A stretch of DNA of 64,000 bases, from assembly GCF_020745735.1 (NCBI RefSeq), contig NC_083409.1, positions 16,478,789 to 16,542,788 on the forward strand, in the 5' to 3' direction. The first letter of the stretch is position 1. Every line of letters starts with the position of its first letter. Origin of the DNA: Hemiscyllium ocellatum. Taxonomy: Eukaryota. Below, piece by piece: positions 60,720 to 64,000 of the stretch. A program made the translations under genes and the position numbers. The notes beneath the pieces are model-generated. The model ran no database searches, was not told the origin of the DNA, and saw nothing but the letters and a program-made list of their open reading frames with translations.

Positions 60720-61240
60720 TGTCATTTGGTTTGCTTTCTTTTATTGGTCAGTGCATTGAGTATTGGAGTTGGGAGCTCTTGTGGCTGACAGACATTGGTT
60801 AGGGCACTTTTGGAATACTGTGTGTAATTCTGGTCTCCCTGCTGGAGGAAAAATGTTGTGAACCTTAAAATGGTTCAGAAAGATTTACAAGGATGTTGCC
60901 AAGGTTGGAGGGTTTGAGCTATCGGGAGAGGCTGAATAGGCTGAGGCTGTTTTCCCTGGATCATTGCAGGTTGATGGGTGACCGTATGGAGGTTTATAAA
61001 ATCATGAGCAGCATAGATAGGGTGAATAGAGAAGATCTTTTCTCCAGAGTGGGGGAGTCCAGAACTGGAGGGCATAGGTTGAAGGTGACAGGGGAAAGAT
61101 TTAAAAGGGACCTAAAGAACAACGTTTTCATTCAGATGGTGTTAAATGTATGAAATGGGCTGCCAGAAGAAGTGGTGAAGGCTGGTATGATTAAAACATT
61201 TAAAAGGCATGGATATGTAAATCAGAAAAGTTTAGAGCAT
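60720..61240 (+). mobile_element. CR1 3' fragment, paralogue of 9715-10345
   Basis: MLPRLEGLSYRERLNRLRLFSL..GDRMEVYKIM..GHRLKV. Confidence 0.88.
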
Positions 61241-61414
61241 ATGGGCATCAATCCAGCCCTTAACATTTCAGGCTCTTCCAAAGACATTTACAGACAGTTT
61301 TGTTTGACAAGGAGTCACTGTTGCAATGTCAGGAAGGTGGCAGCCAGTTTCTACACAGCAGGATTCAAGTAGAAGCAAGAGATCAAAGAGCAATAATGAG
61401 AAATATTGGCCTGA

Positions 61415-61730
61415 TTAGATTCCCTCCAGTGTGGAAACAGGCAGTTCAGCCTGACAAGTCCACACCAACCCTCCAAACAGCAGCCCACCCAGAAACATTC
61501 CATACATTTACTCCTGACTATTTCATCTAACACTGTAGGCAATTTAGAATGGCCAATTCACCTGGCCTGCACATCTTTGGACAGTGGGAGTAAACCAGAG
61601 CACCTGGGGGAAACCCACACAGACACAGGGACAATGTGCAAACACCACACAGACAGTTTCCCAAGGCAGGAATTGAACCCGTATCCTTGGCGCTGTGAGG
61701 TAGCGGTGCGAACCACTGAGCCACCATGCC
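61415..61730 (-). mobile_element. HE1 SINE inserted after the duplication (right arm only)
   Basis: Full head to tail on minus, possible cctga TSD. Left arm at ~9515 has an empty site. Confidence 0.85.
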
Positions 61731-61749
61731 TGAGGTCAATCGACACATA

Positions 61750-63830
61750 AAGTAATTTGGTTCAGTTGGATGGAAAATGAGAAAACGGAAGGTGAAGGAG
61801 AAGGTCGATTGCTGGTTAGCGGTGGGATTGATTGTTACCAGAAAATAAAAGATGGGGACGGATTTTTTGAATATCAAAGGAACTAAAGAAGTGCAGGGAA
61901 AATCAATAATAAAATAAATTTAAAGAGTTTGTAACTAAATGCACAAAGCATTCCGAATAAGGTAGACAAAGTGACGCAATAAATCAAGGTAAATTGAGTG
62001 TCCAAGGAATTAAACTAGTTAAAGTGGAGGAGGGCTCAGGAGAGGTTATTCAAGTTTCTAGAAGACAACCTAGGACAGAGAGTACAGAAAGGAACAAGAG
62101 TCGAACTTCAAGCACAGTAGATAAGAGGACAATGATGAGAAGGAGGGCAGTCAATGCAGGACTGAGGGTGTTGTACTTAAATGCACACAGTATACACAAT
62201 GAGCTTGTAGTGCAGATTGAAACTGGTAGGTACGATGTTGTGGGTATCACAGAGACATGGCTGTAAGGGGGTCTGGGCTGGGAACTAAATATCCAAGGAT
62301 CCATGTCCTATCAAAAGGACAGGCAGATGGGCAGAGGGGCAAGAGTTGCCTTGTTAGTGTGAAATAAAATTCAATCAATAGCAAGAAGTCAGAAGGTGTA
62401 GAATCTGTGTGGGTAGAGCTGAGGAACCACAATAAAGAATCTGATGCAAGTTATGTCCAGGTCTCCAAGCAGTAATCAGGGTGTGGGGAAGGAAATCAAT
62501 CAGGAGACAGAAAATTAGATTAGATTACTTACAGTGTGGAAGCAGGCTGTTCAGCCCAACAAGTCCACACCGACCCACTGAAGCGCAACCCACCCATACC
62601 CCTACATTTACCCCTTACCTAACACTACGGGCAATTTAGCATGTCCAATTCACCTGACCTGCACATCTTTGGACTGAGGGAGGAAACCCACGCAGACATG
62701 GGGAGAACGAGCAAACTCCACGCAGTCAGTCGCCTGAGATAGGAATTGAACCTGGGTCTCAGGCGCTGTGAGGCAGCAGTGCTAACCACTGTGCCACCAT
62801 GCCGCCCAGAAAAGGGATAAACTAAATGTCAGGGTAGACCTCAATGGATAGGTGGACTGGGTAGTGCATCGAAAGAAAAGGATTTCACGGAATGTCTACG
62901 AGATGGTTTTTGGAGCAGCTTGTGGTTGAGCCATGATGGAACAGGCAGGTGTGGATTCAGTGATGTGGAATGAGGCAAACATGATTAGTGAGTTTAAGGT
63001 GAAAGTATCACTCTGGATAAGTGACCATAATTCCCCCTGTAGTTTGAGAGAGAGAAGCTACAATCAGATGGAACTGTATTTCAGTTGAGTAAAGGTAACT
63101 GCAAAGACATGAGGAAGGAGCTGGCCAGAGTTGGTTGTAAGGGGAGCCGAGCAGGTAAGATGGTGGGGCAGCAAACAGCAGAGTTTCTGGGGGTAATTCA
63201 GGAAGTAGAGTAGGAATTCATCCCAAAAAAGAAAAAAACATTCTCAGGGGAGGACAAGGCAACCATGGCTGATGAGGGAGGTCAAGGACAGCATAAAAGC
63301 AAAAGAAAAAGCATCCAATGTGGTGGAGAATAGTGGGAAGCCAGAGGATTAGGAAGTCTTTAAAGAGCTATAGAGGATAACTAAAAAAGCATTAAGGGTG
63401 GAGAAGATGAAATCTGGGAGTTATCTAGCCAGTAATATAAAAGAAGATTGCAAGAGTTTTAGCAAATATATAAAAAGGAAGAGGGAGGCAAAACTAGACA
63501 TTGGATCACTGGAAAATGAGTTTGGAGAAAGAATAGTAGGAAATGAAGGAATAGCCGAGGAATTGAATCGATACTTTGCATCAGTCTGCACCATGGAAAA
63601 CACCAGCAGTGTACCAGTACTTCCAGACTGTCAGGGGGCAGTTCAGGCGTGTAGTGGCCATCAGTAAGGAGGAGGTACTGGGGAAGCTGGAAGGTCTGAA
63701 TTTGGATAACTCCCCCAGACTGGATGAACTACACCAGTGTGTTCTGAAGGAGATCACTGAAGAGATTGTGGAGGCATTGGTGATGATCTTTCAGGAATCA
63801 ATGGAGTCAGGGTGTGGAGGTGGAGATTTG
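61750..63830 (+). mobile_element. CR1 endonuclease/inter-domain fragment, paralogue of 7860-9500
   Basis: LRVLYLNAHSI..YDVVGITETWL; ASNIKEDCKSFSKYIKRKR..AEELNRYFASV. Confidence 0.85.
62515..62807 (-). mobile_element. Full-length young HE1 SINE
   Basis: Minus strand gggcggcatggtggcacagtggttagcactgctgcctcacagcgcc...gtaatctaatctaa. TSD agaaaa at 62509-62514 and 62808-62813. Confidence 0.92.
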
Positions 63831-63865
63831 ATGGGGGATATATACCCCTTGCCTAAGGCTAAGGC

Positions 63866-64000
63866 CAATTCACCTGACCCGCACATCTTTGGACTGTGGG
63901 AGGAAACCGGAGCACCTGGAGGAAACCCACACAGACACGGGGAGAACATGCAAACTCCACACAGTCAGTCGCCTGAGGCAGGAATTGAACCCAGGTCCCT
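63866..64000 (-). mobile_element. HE1 SINE fragment running off the window end
   Basis: ggccaattcacctgacccgcacatctttggactgtgggaggaaaccggagcacctggaggaaacc...ggaattgaaccc. Confidence 0.85.

Larger units (their letters stand above)
50283..63840 (-). repeat. Right arm of the inverted segmental duplication (cluster 2 C exon, 3' flank and part of its J-C intron)
   Basis: Reverse complement of ~7912-20526, sharing old SINE/LINE/PLE copies and carrying arm-specific insertions. Confidence 0.93.

Noticed and set aside
50283-63840. Right arm as a false haplotypic duplication
   Set aside because: Considered less likely because divergence reaches ~10-15% by eye with multiple reciprocal insertions. Its orientation across the gap remains unverified.

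Overview
Cartilaginous-fish (shark) genomic DNA, judged from HE1/V-SINEs, DeuSINEs, CR1 LINEs and a nurse-shark NS4-like light chain. It carries an Ig kappa (type III/NS4) light-chain locus. Cluster 1 (+) has a promoter, leader exon (935-983), an already-joined in-frame VJ exon with no RSS (1170-1499), an 11.4 kb LINE-filled intron and a C exon (12932-13260). A paralogous cluster 2 lies in the opposite orientation, with its C exon at 58168-57840 and its V/J presumably beyond the window. About 13 kb around each C exon form a large inverted repeat (~7.9-20.5 kb vs ~50.3-63.8 kb); the right arm begins at a 200-N scaffold gap, so its orientation is not proven. The ~30 kb between the arms holds: a truncated third C-exon remnant; a decayed full-length Tx1-type LINE; an ORF1-only 'half-Tx1' directly behind it, carrying an inverted ORF2 patch and a nested Penelope insertion; and a partial CEP350 copy whose start-codon exon is tandemly duplicated with ATG replaced by TTG. 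Penelope-like elements are abundant: large decayed copies, palindromic end fragments, 40-146 bp micro-insertions (mostly with 14-16 bp TSDs) and several minimal hammerhead-ribozyme motifs. Repeat boundaries and percent identities are estimated by eye. Protein identifications rely on recalled sequences and should be confirmed by BLAST/HMM.
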